Shown piece by piece: positions 50,101-63,027 of a stretch of 64,000 bases of DNA; positions within the stretch are counted from its first letter, which is position 1; each line of letters starts with the position of its first letter. The DNA comes from Leucoraja ocellata. Lineage: Eukaryota. The DNA lies in assembly GCA_036785375.1 (NCBI GenBank), contig JAWMAR010000030.1, positions 7,316,001 through 7,380,000 on the forward strand. The letters are read 5' to 3'. Position numbers and translations under genes: made by a program. The notes under the pieces were generated by a model. It did no database searches and was not told the origin of the DNA. It was given only the letters and a program-made list of their open reading frames with translations.

Positions 50101-52341
50101 TACATGAATATATTTTTCCCCATCTAAAGCCTGTGTTTGCACATGGCATATGGCCAGCTCAATCTTCACAGTCAGTTGTTTATGTTTGTAAAACACAATA
50201 AATCAATAATAACTCATGCTGAAAAAGTAGTGCAATTCTGTTATAGGAGAATGGAATCCAGCATAACTTATTTAAATATTTATAAATAACTTAAAGGTAA
50301 TTAATTGTAATTTCCTTTTAAAAAAAAAAATCATGAATATGAAAGTGAGCTGTATTTTTTTTGTGCAGTTTCAGGATATAATTTATTTAAAAGAAATTCT
50401 GCTTCGAACATTGATTTAGTTTGCATGATGACTAATCACAGAACCATTTCATGTGCCTTTTATTATGCATATTCCATTAAAAATATATTTCAAACACCAA
50501 AAGTTAAGGTTTATCCAGCTAAATTTAAATGTATGTTCACGTGCTGCTAAAAGTATATTTGAAATGTTTTTATTGTTTGCTTTATTGAGATTGGCTTGGC
50601 CAGTGCCCTTTTATATAGTGGTAAAGTCCAGGAAGAATTATTGAACAGTAACCACGCGATAGTCTGTGAACTAAAGGATGTGTAGAGTCTGAAAAGAGTG
50701 TGTGGCTCTCTTTAACTTCTCTACACAACCATGGCCGTTAATCCACCATCATTAATGGCTGAAAGCCACTCACTTCTATTTTTGGCAAAATATGATATGA
50801 AGTTTAAAAAGTAGAGTTGTATCTTTCTTGACTTTTAGAACAGTCTGAGTGACATGTTTATGGCTTAAATGATGAATAGGGAAAGCAGCCCTGCTGCTTT
50901 GCTGGCATGAGTTATGGCCAAAAGTCATTCCTGCAGAATCCAAGCAAAGGATTTAATATGGCATGAATGGGAATGTTTAATTTTCTTTATGCATGCTTGA
51001 TTATTTGATCCCGTTTAAAATTGGTGAGATTTTGTCACGAGTTGAATCAACCAGGCTTTTGGACAAAATTCAATGTGAATGCAGAGGAATGTTTGTAGGT
51101 TTCCCAGATTGAGTTTACTGAAGAACTGATATATTTTTCATATATCCAAAGCAGGAAAGTTAACATTTCAGATTAATTATGTATCTCACCTTATAGATGT
51201 TGTCAGCATCTTCAGCATTTTCTTCTTTTATTTCAGAAATCCAGTATTTGCAATTTTTTTCTTTTTGCCTTTAGACTTCATGAACCTGACCTGATGCACT
51301 TGTATTTTCCTATTTGACCCAAAAGCTGAGCTTTAAATGCCGTCTATTTATATTTAATACCATGTGTTTCACACTGTGTTCACTTTCACTTTTGGCCCCT
51401 CCTAAACTCATCATTAGCTTCCAATTCCTTACAGTGTCCTTAATATATATTTGTGACATTTTGAGGGGAAATGGTTGAAGATGGAATGAAAGCTATGGAA
51501 AGTTTTTGTGCTTTAGAGCTGGGAGACATTCAAATTCTGCGTGGGGTATCACTTAGCATGGAAGCCAGGAAAATAAATTGGCGATCAGTAATTTGATGGA
51601 AATGTGCTTCAGAGACCAAATGTTAGCTCTAATGTGTTGAACTGGTAGTGAATACGGGGGCAAAAATGGAAATAACAGTTCATGGCTAGAACACTTTTTG
51701 TTGGGTGTAAAAATGAATCTTAGAGTTTCAGAAGCATTTGAAAGAATGTTATCTGGTTGGTGAGGAAGAAATTCATCAACTTACTCCATTGTTATCGGTA
51801 AGTGGAGAAATAGATAAACTAAATGTAAATACTTTTAAGAGTAGGAGACATGTATCCACCTCTGCAAATAGTCTGAAGAAGGGTCCTGACCAAAATGTCT
51901 CCTATTCATGTTCTCCAGGGATGCTGCCTCGCCTGCTTAGTTACTCCAGCATTTTGTGTTTTTCCTTGGTAAATGGACATCTGTAGCTCCTTGGTTCTCC
52001 AAGTAGAATATAGTATAGAGAAGCGATCTCAAGATGTTTTGACTTTCTAGAATGATTTTGGAGTAGTTGGTAGAGTGGGGGGGGGCAAGCAGAAACAAGT
52101 TCCAGGAGAATTTGGTGTAATTGAGACAGAGCTGGGGATGGAAGTCAATGTTCCAGACATGCCACAAAGTAAAATACAGAATGCAGTGAAAGTAAAACAT
52201 CAAGGAGTAAGAGGAGATTTGTAGAAACAATGAACTGCAGATGCTGGTTTACAGAAAAGGAGTAATTCAGCAGGTTAGGCTGCATCAGATTTTGAGATTA
52301 TGTATTTTGGGAGTTTTACTTGTTTGTTGTCTTACAAGCAG

Positions 52342-52751
52342 GAAAAACAAAATACAATCTTAAAACAAAGTGATGCTCGGTCAGCAGTTTGAGGACCGTT
52401 GCACCGAGATCTCATGTTTAAAAAGCAAGTGGAAATGAAGGGTACACGAGAAACCACATTGGCAGCAGTTTTTGAGAATAACTGGAGTGCAAACAGAACT
52501 AATTTAGCATGGAGACTGATGCACAGTTTGAGGAAATCATTAAGTGCAAAAGACATGCTGAGAAGTGCAGCCGGTTTAGATAAATGGTGTTTCGATAAGT
52601 ACCTTCCATAGTAGAAGAAGGTTCCCTTCAGTGAATGTTCTGCGGAATATCCCCATAGGTGATTCAAAAATAGTATACGTTTATTGTAGCAAGGTCGTAA
52701 TGCTCTGAATTCTGCGTATGTTGGTTATTTTTCAAGAAGTGATAATTCTTG
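52342..52751 (+). other. Candidate 5'-UTR exon (probably USP54) containing uORFs
   Basis: U-rich tract with a tandem acceptor ttacAAG CAG (52338/52341) and a strong donor TTG|GTGAGT at 52751/2; unique, non-repeat sequence. Confidence 0.5.
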
Positions 52752-54102
52752 GTGAGTATTGTAATAATTTAATTAAATATGTAGCGCTGAAAAGACTGGA
52801 CTAGATTTTATAGTAAATGCAACCCATGCAACAACAAAGGAAATTGAAATGAAAAATATTCTGATGAAAGTAAATGCCTTTGTTAATTGTGTATTATTTC
52901 TTGGGTTGACTTGGTAATGTTCTATGTTGGTGTTTTCCATGTAGTATGTGGTGGACATACTGGTCTTGCGATCTTTCTCATTGGTACCACTCGGAGGAGA
53001 AAATTGGTGTTTTAAAGAAGAAGTTTATATAATACTTTATGCAAGACCAGTTCCACAAAAAATAAATTGGGATAACTATTGCAGCATTAAAATCTGTAAT
53101 AAATGATTTATTGGCGTTTAGCTAATGCAGTAATATAACCTGTAGTCAGCAGGAATAATTTTCATTGAAAGACAAATTAAAACAGTTCAAGATTGCATTA
53201 ATTCTGAACAAACGTTCATTTCTATAAATGTCATTTGCTGTGGATTTGCATGTGAAGGAACCAAAGTAAAAAGATCATCTAGAATTATTTGAAACATATT
53301 TCTGTAAATTGATGAGAATGTTTATGATTTGGTGCAAATTTGCTGCTGCAAGATTATGAATGTCAATTGATCGGAAGATGGCATTCTTTGTAACTATGAA
53401 AGATAGCACCTATATTTAATCAGTTGGATAAATTTGACCTGAGTTTTCCAATTTTGAAAAATAATCTTAAGTAATTCACAGATTTTATTTATTTTGCTGA
53501 GTCTCCGATGCAATATTTCTAGCTATCCTTGAATCATATTTGGTAAGTTGGAATTTGATGAAAATTAAAATGGTTTGTTATTGTCACGTGTACCGAGGTA
53601 TAGTATAAAGCTTTTGTGGCATTTATTCCAGTTGAAGAAAAGACTATGTAATTACAATCAAGTCATCCGCAGTGTACAGATAAAGAGTACAACATTTAGA
53701 TAAAGTCCGATTAAAGATAGTTCAAATGTTTCTAATGAAGTAGATGGGAATTTTGATGAAAGTTTCTGTAACTGAGATTTCCCTTTAAAGTTAAAGGAAT
53801 ATTAAAGTATTTTGAAATCAATAATGAGCCACATTTTCTTCTTTGAGAATTATTTAATTGTGTGAATTGCTAAGTTGCATATGGGTGTTTCCAGTACAGA
53901 GGCAATTATAGTAAATAATTATTAAAAATCAAGGAATTCCTGCCCAACTGGTACTATAACCTTGCATAAGGGTTCTGTGTCAGTACAAAGAGGCATTTCA
54001 CCACTGCTGAGACCAATTAAGAATAAACAAGAAATGCAATTAACATTGATCTTCCTAGATCTCATCAAAGAACATAACAAAGGTTATGATGGAAGAAATC
54101 AG

Positions 54103-54685
54103 TTCCAGGTGTGACAAAGGTTCACCTGCATCTCCTCCAACCTCATCTACTGCATCCTCCGCTCAAGGTGTCAGCTGATTTACATCGGGGAGACTAAGCG
54201 TAGGTTGGGCGATCGTTTCGCCGAACACCTCCGCTCAGTCCGCAATAACCAACCTGACCTCCTGGTGGCTCAGCACTTCAACTCCCCCTCCCATTCCCAA
54301 TCCGACCTCTCTGTCCTGGGTCTCCTCCATTGCCAGAGTGAGCAACAGCGGAAATTGGAGGAACAGCACTTCATATTCCGCCTGGGGACCTTGTGTCCGG
54401 ATGGCATTAACATTGAATTCTCCCAATTTTGCTAGCCCTTGCTGTCTCCTCCCCTTCCTTAACCCTCTAGCTGTCTCCTCCCACCCTCCTATCCGCCCGC
54501 CCTCGGGCTCCTCCTCCTCCCCTTTTCCTTCCTTCTCCCCCCCCCACCCCCCATCAGTCTGAAGAAGGGTTTCGGCCCGAAACGTCGCCTATTTCCTTCG
54601 CTCCATAGATGCTGCTGCACCCGCTGAGTTTCTCCAGCAATTTTGTGTACCTTCGATCTTCCAGCATCTGCAGTTCCTCCTTGGA
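54103..54685 (+). mobile_element. Penelope-like retroelement 3' end: GIY-YIG endonuclease remnant plus terminal repeat
   Basis: FTCISSNLIYCILRSRCQLIYIGETKRRLGDRFAEH..VAQHFN..RKLEEQHFIFRLGTLCPDGINIEF* (GIY-YIG), a C-rich spacer, then the pLTR at ~54556-54685. Confidence 0.93.
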
Positions 54686-54909
54686 CAGATTTGGAGAAAA
54701 TGGTTTCTAATTCCTAGATATCTAACCAAGCAATGTATCCTTCAAATTTTGAGGATGTTGACAGAACTTGAGAGTCTGTGCTACAGAGAGAGGTTAGGCA
54801 GGCTAGGACTTTATTCCTTGGAGTGCAATAGGATGAAGGGTGAACTTATAGAGATGTATAAGATCACCTCTCAAAGGGTGAAGGTAATAGATTGGGTAAG
54901 TGAACAGAT

Positions 54910-55048
54910 ACCCTTTAATAAAATCTGATAAATTGCACTTTAACCACATGTGATTTTTTTCTATTATATATCTCAAATTGTGGAGTACAGAGGCAAATTA
55001 ATAAATGATAAATATAAATAAAGTCCCAAACATTATGGAGGGCACTAT
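54910..55048. mobile_element. Tc1/mariner-like DNA transposon end
   Basis: Ends gtcccaaacattatggagggcactata; its reverse complement resembles a TA-flanked CAGTG-type terminal inverted repeat. Confidence 0.55.
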
Positions 55049-55172
55049 ACATGTCCCGATGTCTTTTACATTAACAAAAATGTGTATTTTTGAAGTAGCT
55101 TGAAATGACATGATGATTACCAGCCTACATCCAAAAACTTTTTTTTCTCCTCTAAGCTACTTTGAAATAATG

Positions 55173-55384
55173 TGTAGGAAAGAACTACAGATGTTGGTTT
55201 AAATCGAAGATAGACATAAAATGCTGGAGTAACTCAGCGGGACAGGCAGCATCTCTAGAGAGAAGGAATGGGTGACGTTTTGGGTTGAGTTTGGGGTCTG
55301 AAGAAGGGTCTTGACCCAAACATCACTCATTCCTTCTCTCCAAAGATGCTGCCTGTCTTGCTGAGTTAATCCATCTTTTTGTGC
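55173..55384. mobile_element. Penelope-derived fold-back element with 16-bp TSD
   Basis: Exact TSD ctactttgaaataatg at 55157-55172 and 55385-55400; inverted arms with a ctgaagaagggtcttgaccc core. Confidence 0.88.
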
Positions 55385-57211
55385 CTACTTTGAAATAATG
55401 ATCTTTTAAGTTGCAGGAATTGTTTTTACACCAGTGCATGCCATATTGGGTGTGTACTATTCGGTGCCTGCTGCTGCACTGCTGTGAAGGTGAGAAGTGA
55501 ATGGGATAATTAAAAGAAAGTTGGTCTGTTTATAGAATTGTATAACAGTTTCTAGCTGAAATCTTGCAAAACTGATGTTTTTACTGATTAATTTATCAAA
55601 GTGTAGTATCACCATCTGTTAAAGTAGCTAATTGAAATGTAATTTTTCAATCTGTTTGAGAAGCACAATATTGACTAATACAGAAAGTACCCTTTCATAA
55701 AATCTTGGTGTAAACATGTAAGAAGGAAATCAAGAGAGGACAGCAAATGATAAATTAACCGTATGGAGCAGCAGCCAAAAAAGGCATATTTAATAAAGAA
55801 ATTCAATTGAAAATGAATTAAATTATCTGAATGGCAATGATTAGTATCAGCAATAAAATAAGGGAGATGGAGAAAATGTATGATGAACATACAGTTGGAC
55901 AATGCGACAGTAGTAAAAAAAGAGATGGCCATAAGGAAATCAAAATAGAATCCACTTGGAGAGAAAATTAAACAAAGATTTGATTCTACAGGTAGTGGAA
56001 GAGATGTGGAGGAAGACATTTGGACAGATTATTAAAAAAAATAGAAGGTTAATAATTTCAACTCGCCCAACATTGATTAGACTGAAGAAATAGTTATTGG
56101 GAGTAAGGGAATGAAGATCTCACATTATATAAAGAACTCTTTATATAACACTCAAGAGTGTTTAATTGTCATATGCACTGGGAATGGAACAATGAAATTC
56201 TTGCAACTATCTTCGGGAAATAGACACAGAAGCCTGAGAGTTTTTACCTTTAGGTTCAAGATTAGCTTCTTCCCATCAACCATCAAGTTATTGAACCATG
56301 CCGTACAATCCTAACCATAACACCACCACAGCATTGAACTACGAAGAGCTTTTAAGGGTTGAACAACTAAATTTGGCCTGCAATATTGTGGTCCTGTGAC
56401 CCAATATAACTGATAATTTATTATATTATTATTCATTACATATTTTTACCTAGTTGTGTTAATATGACTTTGCATTTTGTTTCCTAAATAGAGCTGTGGA
56501 ATTTTTCCAGGCCCTTGTTTTCAACTGAGCTATTTATAATGTCCAATTTGAAATGTTTGCTTTGAGCTCTTTTGATGCAATTGTAACTTGATAACATTGT
56601 GGGAAGCAGTGATATGGATAAAGGAAAAGATCATTATTGTTTTGGTAATTATTTACATAATGATTGATAAAAAATACCACATAAAATGTGGCTTAATGTT
56701 ACCACTTTGTGATCAGTTTAGAGCTTTAAAATATGTTAATGTGTTCACGTTATTTTGTGTTTTCCAACTTGCATGCTTTGGATCAGTGGTTTTTAAGAAA
56801 ACGTTTTTTATTTTGGATTAAGTCACTGTAAACATTTTCTGTCTCTTAATTTTTTTTGGTTTCTGTTAACATTTTCCAACTGTTGACATTTTTTGGCCCT
56901 GTTAACATTCTCATGGTCTGTTAACACTCTTGCGCTCTGTTTGGCATAAGTCAAATGTGGTGACAAATTCATCTTGAATCACACTGTGAGTATATATGAC
57001 ACCTAACTAATTTTCTGCACCAGAGAGTCAACTTCCTTTTACCAGAAATACTACTTTGGTGATCTATTCATTCCAGATTGTTAAAATATCAGTAAATTTG
57101 TTATGCTGTACTATGGAATCTTGATTTTGAGAATTATATTTAAATTGGCCAAATTCACGGAAGATGTTTAAGTGAGAGATCTTTTAAAATCTGAAAGGAA
57201 AGATCTCAAGC

Positions 57212-57480
57212 TTGTATGGCAACTGCTCTGCTTTTGACCAACACAACCAACAGAGATTGAAGAGCAGAGCCCAGTCCATCACAGGCTCAGCATTTCATTT
57301 CTTCCAGACTATCTTTACATTGCATTGGACCAGAAAGATGGAAGTCAAGGATGCCTATTACCTTGGCTTATTTAGTTTTCTCTTTTCTACTTCTGGTAGA
57401 AGATACAAAAGTTTGAAAGCTTGGACAAACAGACCTAAGAACAGCTTCTCCCAAACACGGTCGGTCTATTGAACCAACCT
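57212..57480 (+). mobile_element. Rex1-type LINE 3' fragment
   Basis: YGNCSAFD..QR..RAQSITG..SGRRYKSLKAWTNRPKNSF. Confidence 0.85.
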
Positions 57481-59344
57481 CTTCTATTATACCTACGTCA
57501 TAGAGGTGTTGCAATGTAATTCTAACTCATTTGGTTATTCTGTCATTGCGACAGCAAGTTGTTGAATTGTAGAGAATTGTAGCTGATGAAATGCATCTGC
57601 ACCGTAATGAGAAAATTACCATATTTGTAAGTAAATTGCATTACAGCACCTCAAAATGCCTCAATTTAGTGTGGCTATAGGTAGGCAGTTTGCTTTGTAA
57701 AATCATCAATGTTGAGTACTTTTTAAATATATTTTCCCTTTGGGTTATGAATACTGTCAGAATAGTCTTGCGCAATAAACTTATTTTTGCATGAATCAAA
57801 TTCTTGAAAAGAATTAAAACGGCAATTCATAATGGTCTCATCATCTTTCCCTAGATTCTTAACAATTTTATGCTGCGTATTTTGCTGTGATCGATTTGTT
57901 CTCTTTGAATAACTTCGACCTGAATATCCTTTAATGGCTGCTATGTAATTTCTTTGAGAAATGTGGATTGATGGGTGTCGGGGACAAGTGCCTCCACTAC
58001 TCATATGCTTTGGCTTTGTATGTTTGTTTCTGTGGCAACTGTGTGTGTTGTGCAGAAACTTAGTCATTTGGAACAAAGTTATGGCCAGTATATTCCATTG
58101 GGCAATATAATGATCCAGTCTGTCCAATATTAGATTTTTATATACTAGAACATACACTGTAAATATTTGGCTTATTAAATATAAAGCATACACAAACTGA
58201 AGCTACGGAGAACATTTGTATTGACTCAGGAAAATTTATTTCTCACTGTGATTTGCATTATTCTGCTTGGTAAAAATGTATTTAAACTATTACATTTTAC
58301 CGTATTTGATTAATATAACAATGTACCAAGCAAAATTAAACATTATTGTCCTGCGTCTCCCTGTTCTAACACCCCTCACAGCCATCACCTTGTAGCTTCC
58401 CACCTATTGCAAACATTCCCCTTTGTATTTGTCTTGTGTTCCTGCCTTTCTCATGAAATGATAACAAAAAATCCTCCATTTCTAATGGGAGGTCATTGAT
58501 CTGAAGTATTAAGGCAGAGTTCTCTCACCCTGATCTGCTGTCTTATTATATTTCAAGCTCTATTTGTTTTAATTTTAAATATCATGGGGCTGAATAACTG
58601 TGGACTTAATTACCTTGTTTCTATTCTCCATTTCTATACGGATGCAATGCTGGTGCCTTATCTCATTTATTCACTAATTTCATCTTTAAAAAAAGCACAA
58701 TCAAATAAAATATCTAACATATATAATGGTTGATAAAATTGAAAAGATGATTCAGTGATGTCAAAATGGGCTTTTTTGTTTGCAAGTCATTTTAATTGTT
58801 GGAAAATATTAATATTTACCAGATTTAACTCATTTAAAATCTGACATTAAATCATGTCTTGTTCCATTTGGTTTTTGACTGCTAATGAGATGGGTAAAAA
58901 TCTAAGGCTGGTGACAGATAATCACTCATCAAGGATTTGTCCAGAGAGCTTATTTTTATTGTTCGACATATTAAGCTTATTGACCAAAATCATCAGTTAA
59001 TTGTACTTTACAGTAATGTTATTGCAGCACCTGCTAATGCTTTAAATAACTGTCAATGCACATGGAGAAAACAACATTTACGTTCAAAATCCTTCACAAT
59101 TTTGGTTAGTGAAGATACAATTGAACTATAAGATAATAATTTCAGCTCACGATTGCTGGTAAGATTGGATAGATAGGCTCCTTGTTAAGATTCTGGGCAA
59201 AGAAATGCAAATCGGCTAAGATTTCTGGGTGTTGCAGCTGGTTTGGTGAATGCTGAGTGAAGCTGTTTTGTAAAAATTAAGTGTTGACAATATATTTCAT
59301 TATAATGGCCTTTGGACAATTAAATATCTTGAGGTTCACAATTG

Positions 59345-59745
59345 TCAACTTGGGCCTAGTCGAGTTTATTGTCATGCACAAACAAGTATGATGAGAGATA
59401 ATAAAAAATCTTGCAGCATTACAGGCATGTAGACTCAGACAAACACACCAAAACAAATTATACATAAATGATACATTACGCATACAATTTCTAAAAAATA
59501 AAGAAGACTATGCAAATAAAAAATAAGACATCAATGCAAAACTGTAATTAGAAAAAAATGTCTGCAGTAGTCAAGAGGCGGATCACAGTGCTTGATTGAA
59601 GAGATAGGATTAGGTCTGTGCAGATTGGTTAAGAACCTGATAGTTGTAGAAAGATAGCTGCTTTTGAACCATGGTGCTGTCCTTCCTGCCCGGTGATAAC
59701 AGTGAGTATAAGGTTTGATCTGAACGGTGAGCTCAATGCTGCGCC
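59345..59745 (-). mobile_element. Degenerate Rex1/L2-type LINE 3' end
   Basis: gagtttattgtcatgcac tail region and ggttaagaacctgatagttgtagaaagatagctg..ccttcctgcccggtg, antisense of the LLPSG..NSFFPTTIRLLN-type end; parallels 44599-44960. Confidence 0.7.
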
Positions 59746-60869
59746 TTCACCGCTTCATCGTGCCACCAGAAGTCCGTAAACTTGCACTTGCGTAAACAAT
59801 TCTCAACCAATGGTTCAGTTTCCTGAATGACCTGAGTTATCGCAACGGGAGGATTGTGAGGGCTTCCCGCAATCTTCAAAGATATAAATGAATCCCTCGG
59901 ACTTGCTGCTCTTCCAGTTCCGGCCTCTACCAGTGCCACACAGGGACGCGGAACTAGAACGAGGGCCGTTTTCCCGGCAGAGTCACCGATATTTTCCACA
60001 AGGTGCATCCGCAAGCCTTTTTTCACCAGTTGCCACACCATCCAGTTGACATAGCTGTTGTTGTGGCTCACATTGTGACCCTTGGTTACCACAGTCCTCA
60101 ATGCCCCACTTGAAATAATAATATGGAAGAAATCTATCTTACCAGTTAACCATAAATTGTGAAATGATTTTGTGTAATACATTGTACAAAAAGATCAACT
60201 GGGGTACCTGAATTACCTTTGAATCGAGGGTAAGGAGATTCACACTGTCAATGTTTGTACTGCTAATTCTCATCCAGTTATCTCACCCGGAAGAAAATAA
60301 TGACCTTGGCTTTCCATAAGTACTCTGTTGTGTCTGCATTTAGTAAATGAAGTTCTTAGTACACTGCAATTAGATTTCAAGCTGGGACATGGAGATGGAG
60401 CAATTGCTGGTGTTCCTGTATTTACTTGTAGATGACAGCAAATTGATCTCACAACAACATATGGAAATTTGCCCTGCCAGTTTGGGCAATGCAGAATTCA
60501 AAAGCACAATGTCACTGGAAATTTACTTCCTTGAGACACATTTATGAAGCACAATGCAAGTATACAAAATCACAACAAACAAAGCGCAGCTTACATTGGT
60601 ACAGTATCCTTACTGTGCATAGAAAACTACAGTAATCTATGACGTTTTAAAAACAGCACTTGGATGTCTTGTTAACAAATAAAATGTTGTTATTTTATGG
60701 GTACGAACTGTAAGCATTACATAGATAACAAAGCACCAACAATAGATATTAAAATGATCAATAATTTTATTTCGTATTTGTTGGAAAAATATGGAGCAGA
60801 ACAATGGAGTAATACATTGTTGTTAATGCAATGCTCTGGGATGTTTCCTCTAGACATTCGCATGGAATT

Positions 60870-61600
60870 AGGGATAACTTAATTCCATTCTGGCATTGAG
60901 AGTTCTGAGGTACGAATGAGACCAATGTAGGAATTGTTGACTCTTCTAAAGATTGGGCAAAAGATGGCTGATAGGACAGGCAAGTGCCTGGGTCTGTAAG
61001 ATGATGTGCAGTCTCTACGATATGCACAGGACTTCTGTGTGTTCCTGATGCATGCTCTTGAGATTCTATAAACCATCTCGAGTGTCCCTTTTCCATTTTA
61101 AGCAGCCATGATTCAGAAGTTTCCAGGAACCAATGGAGATGTTGCATGCCTTCAAAGAATACTTGATAACTCTTAAATCTTTTTCTCTATCCACCCAGTA
61201 ATTTGCTCAGGATAGAGCTATCTGTTTCAAAAGTCTGGTGTGTAGTATGCAAATTACATGGCCATCTCAACCTTGCCGACTGAAAGAAACAAGGTGCAAA
61301 ATGATTAGAATGTTGGTTTGAAAGAGGACACCGAGGTTGATTTATTTGCCCTTCCAGCAAATTTGGAGGATTATGTGAAGATAACAATGGTGGTATTTGT
61401 TTAGTGCCTTCTGCATGTTGTTCTGGTCTCACCAGCAGATAAGAGAGCAGTGAATACAGTTGCCCCCTCGGCCACGAGTTTTATGCAAAGTCGGCGGTCT
61501 TGGTGATCAAATGCCCTTTTCCTCAATTGACGAGAGACTCTGCTGAATCATTGAATGCTCTGGTGAATTTCATCATTGATCTTTGGGTATAGTGTATACC
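60870..61600 (-). mobile_element. RTE-clade LINE 3' fragment
   Basis: Minus strand INDEIHQSIQ..RQLRKRAFDHQD..LLSAGET..KYHHCYLHIILQICW..GHVIC..RKRFK..CPIFRRVNNSYIGLI; multiple stops. Confidence 0.85.
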
Positions 61601-62856
61601 TAAATGGCTCGAACAGATTGTGTTTTGCAAAAAGGCTGTATACTAGAATGTGTAAAGAATGTTATTTTTTACATGTTTGTATCTAAAGTAAGGATTTTTT
61701 GAAGATGTTACAACCTCCATTCAGAAAAGAAGTCAGAGAGGGGAAAAGTATTAATATAACCATAGATAAATGGGAGTGTGTGGGGAAAAAAACACATTTT
61801 CATATATGCTATCTCTCATGACATTCTGTATGATGGATTATATGAAAGATAATTATTGTTTCAATGTAAATGACTGCACAAAACGATCCTACAATTATCA
61901 GTTGATTGAGTAACGTATTTCTGATGATGTTTGTGAGGGAGAGATGTGGTTGAGATAGTAATCCCACGCAAGTTATCTATTACTGACTATGTCTGACTTT
62001 TTAAAAAGTCGTTCTTTCATCTTGAAGCAGACGTATGGCTTGGATGCTGCTATGACTCATTTGGAAACTGACAAAGCAGTTTCACTGTAAACGGGTGTAT
62101 TTTGTGCATTATTAAGCTTGAATGTGTATGTTTGCAATAGCACCAAACCGAAATTGGTAGTATAATTCAAGTTTAAGATATGAAATCTCAATATAAATTA
62201 CTAATGAGAACTAGGTGATTTCATCTTAGCATTTGGTGCATCCTTAAGAATTGTTTCACAAGTATTAACATTTTAATCGACCTTCAGGCGACAACATGGA
62301 GGGAAAACAGCAGAGCTACACTTTGTTTAAGTGGTACATTATGAGTAAAGCATTGTTTACAAACTGCACTCTTTTTGGTACCGTGTCTGTATGTACCCAC
62401 AGTTTTAAAATTCATCTAAGCATTCCATTGCATGACATGTGAGACTGTTACTGTATTTGATGACTACATGTTCTACTGCAGAAGATACTGGTGGTTTGGG
62501 GGAAAAAATACATACCACTTGGCCTACTGTACACTGGAGAGTACAATTTTTGACTTCATTAATTATTAATAATTTAAAACATTTTTTAGTGTGTAATTAC
62601 AGCATTCTATAGTTCATACTTCAGCAATTTGCTGCTCAGATATCAAAAAACGTTGGTTTGCTGCTGTGTGCAATTTCACTGCAACTGTGCAGGATATTGG
62701 ATTTTGAAATAGTTAAGCTGGAGGAAAAAAAGGGCGAAGAAATAGCATTTTCTTTTTATGATTCCAGCTCGACTGACATTTTCAATGTTTTTTTTGTTTT
62801 TTTTTAGGCTGAGGAATAAGTAATTGTGTGACACGGAAACCACAACTATTAGAATT

Positions 62857-62920
62857 ATTTAAATGATCACAGGCTTACACTGTTTCATATGAAACTGTGT
62901 AAGCCTGTGATCATTTAAAT
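62857..62920. repeat. 64-bp near-perfect palindrome
   Basis: atttaaatgatcacaggcttacac-t-gtttcat|atgaaac-t-gtgtaagcctgtgatcatttaaat; a single T.T mismatch and no spacer. Confidence 0.95.
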
Positions 62921-63027
62921 CGTTAAATATGCTGGCAGTCTAGTGATTCAAAGTGATTATGTTAATGAATCACAGAACTTTATGTTCATCTTCATTACAA
63001 AGAAAGTGCTATATCTGTTTTATAGAA

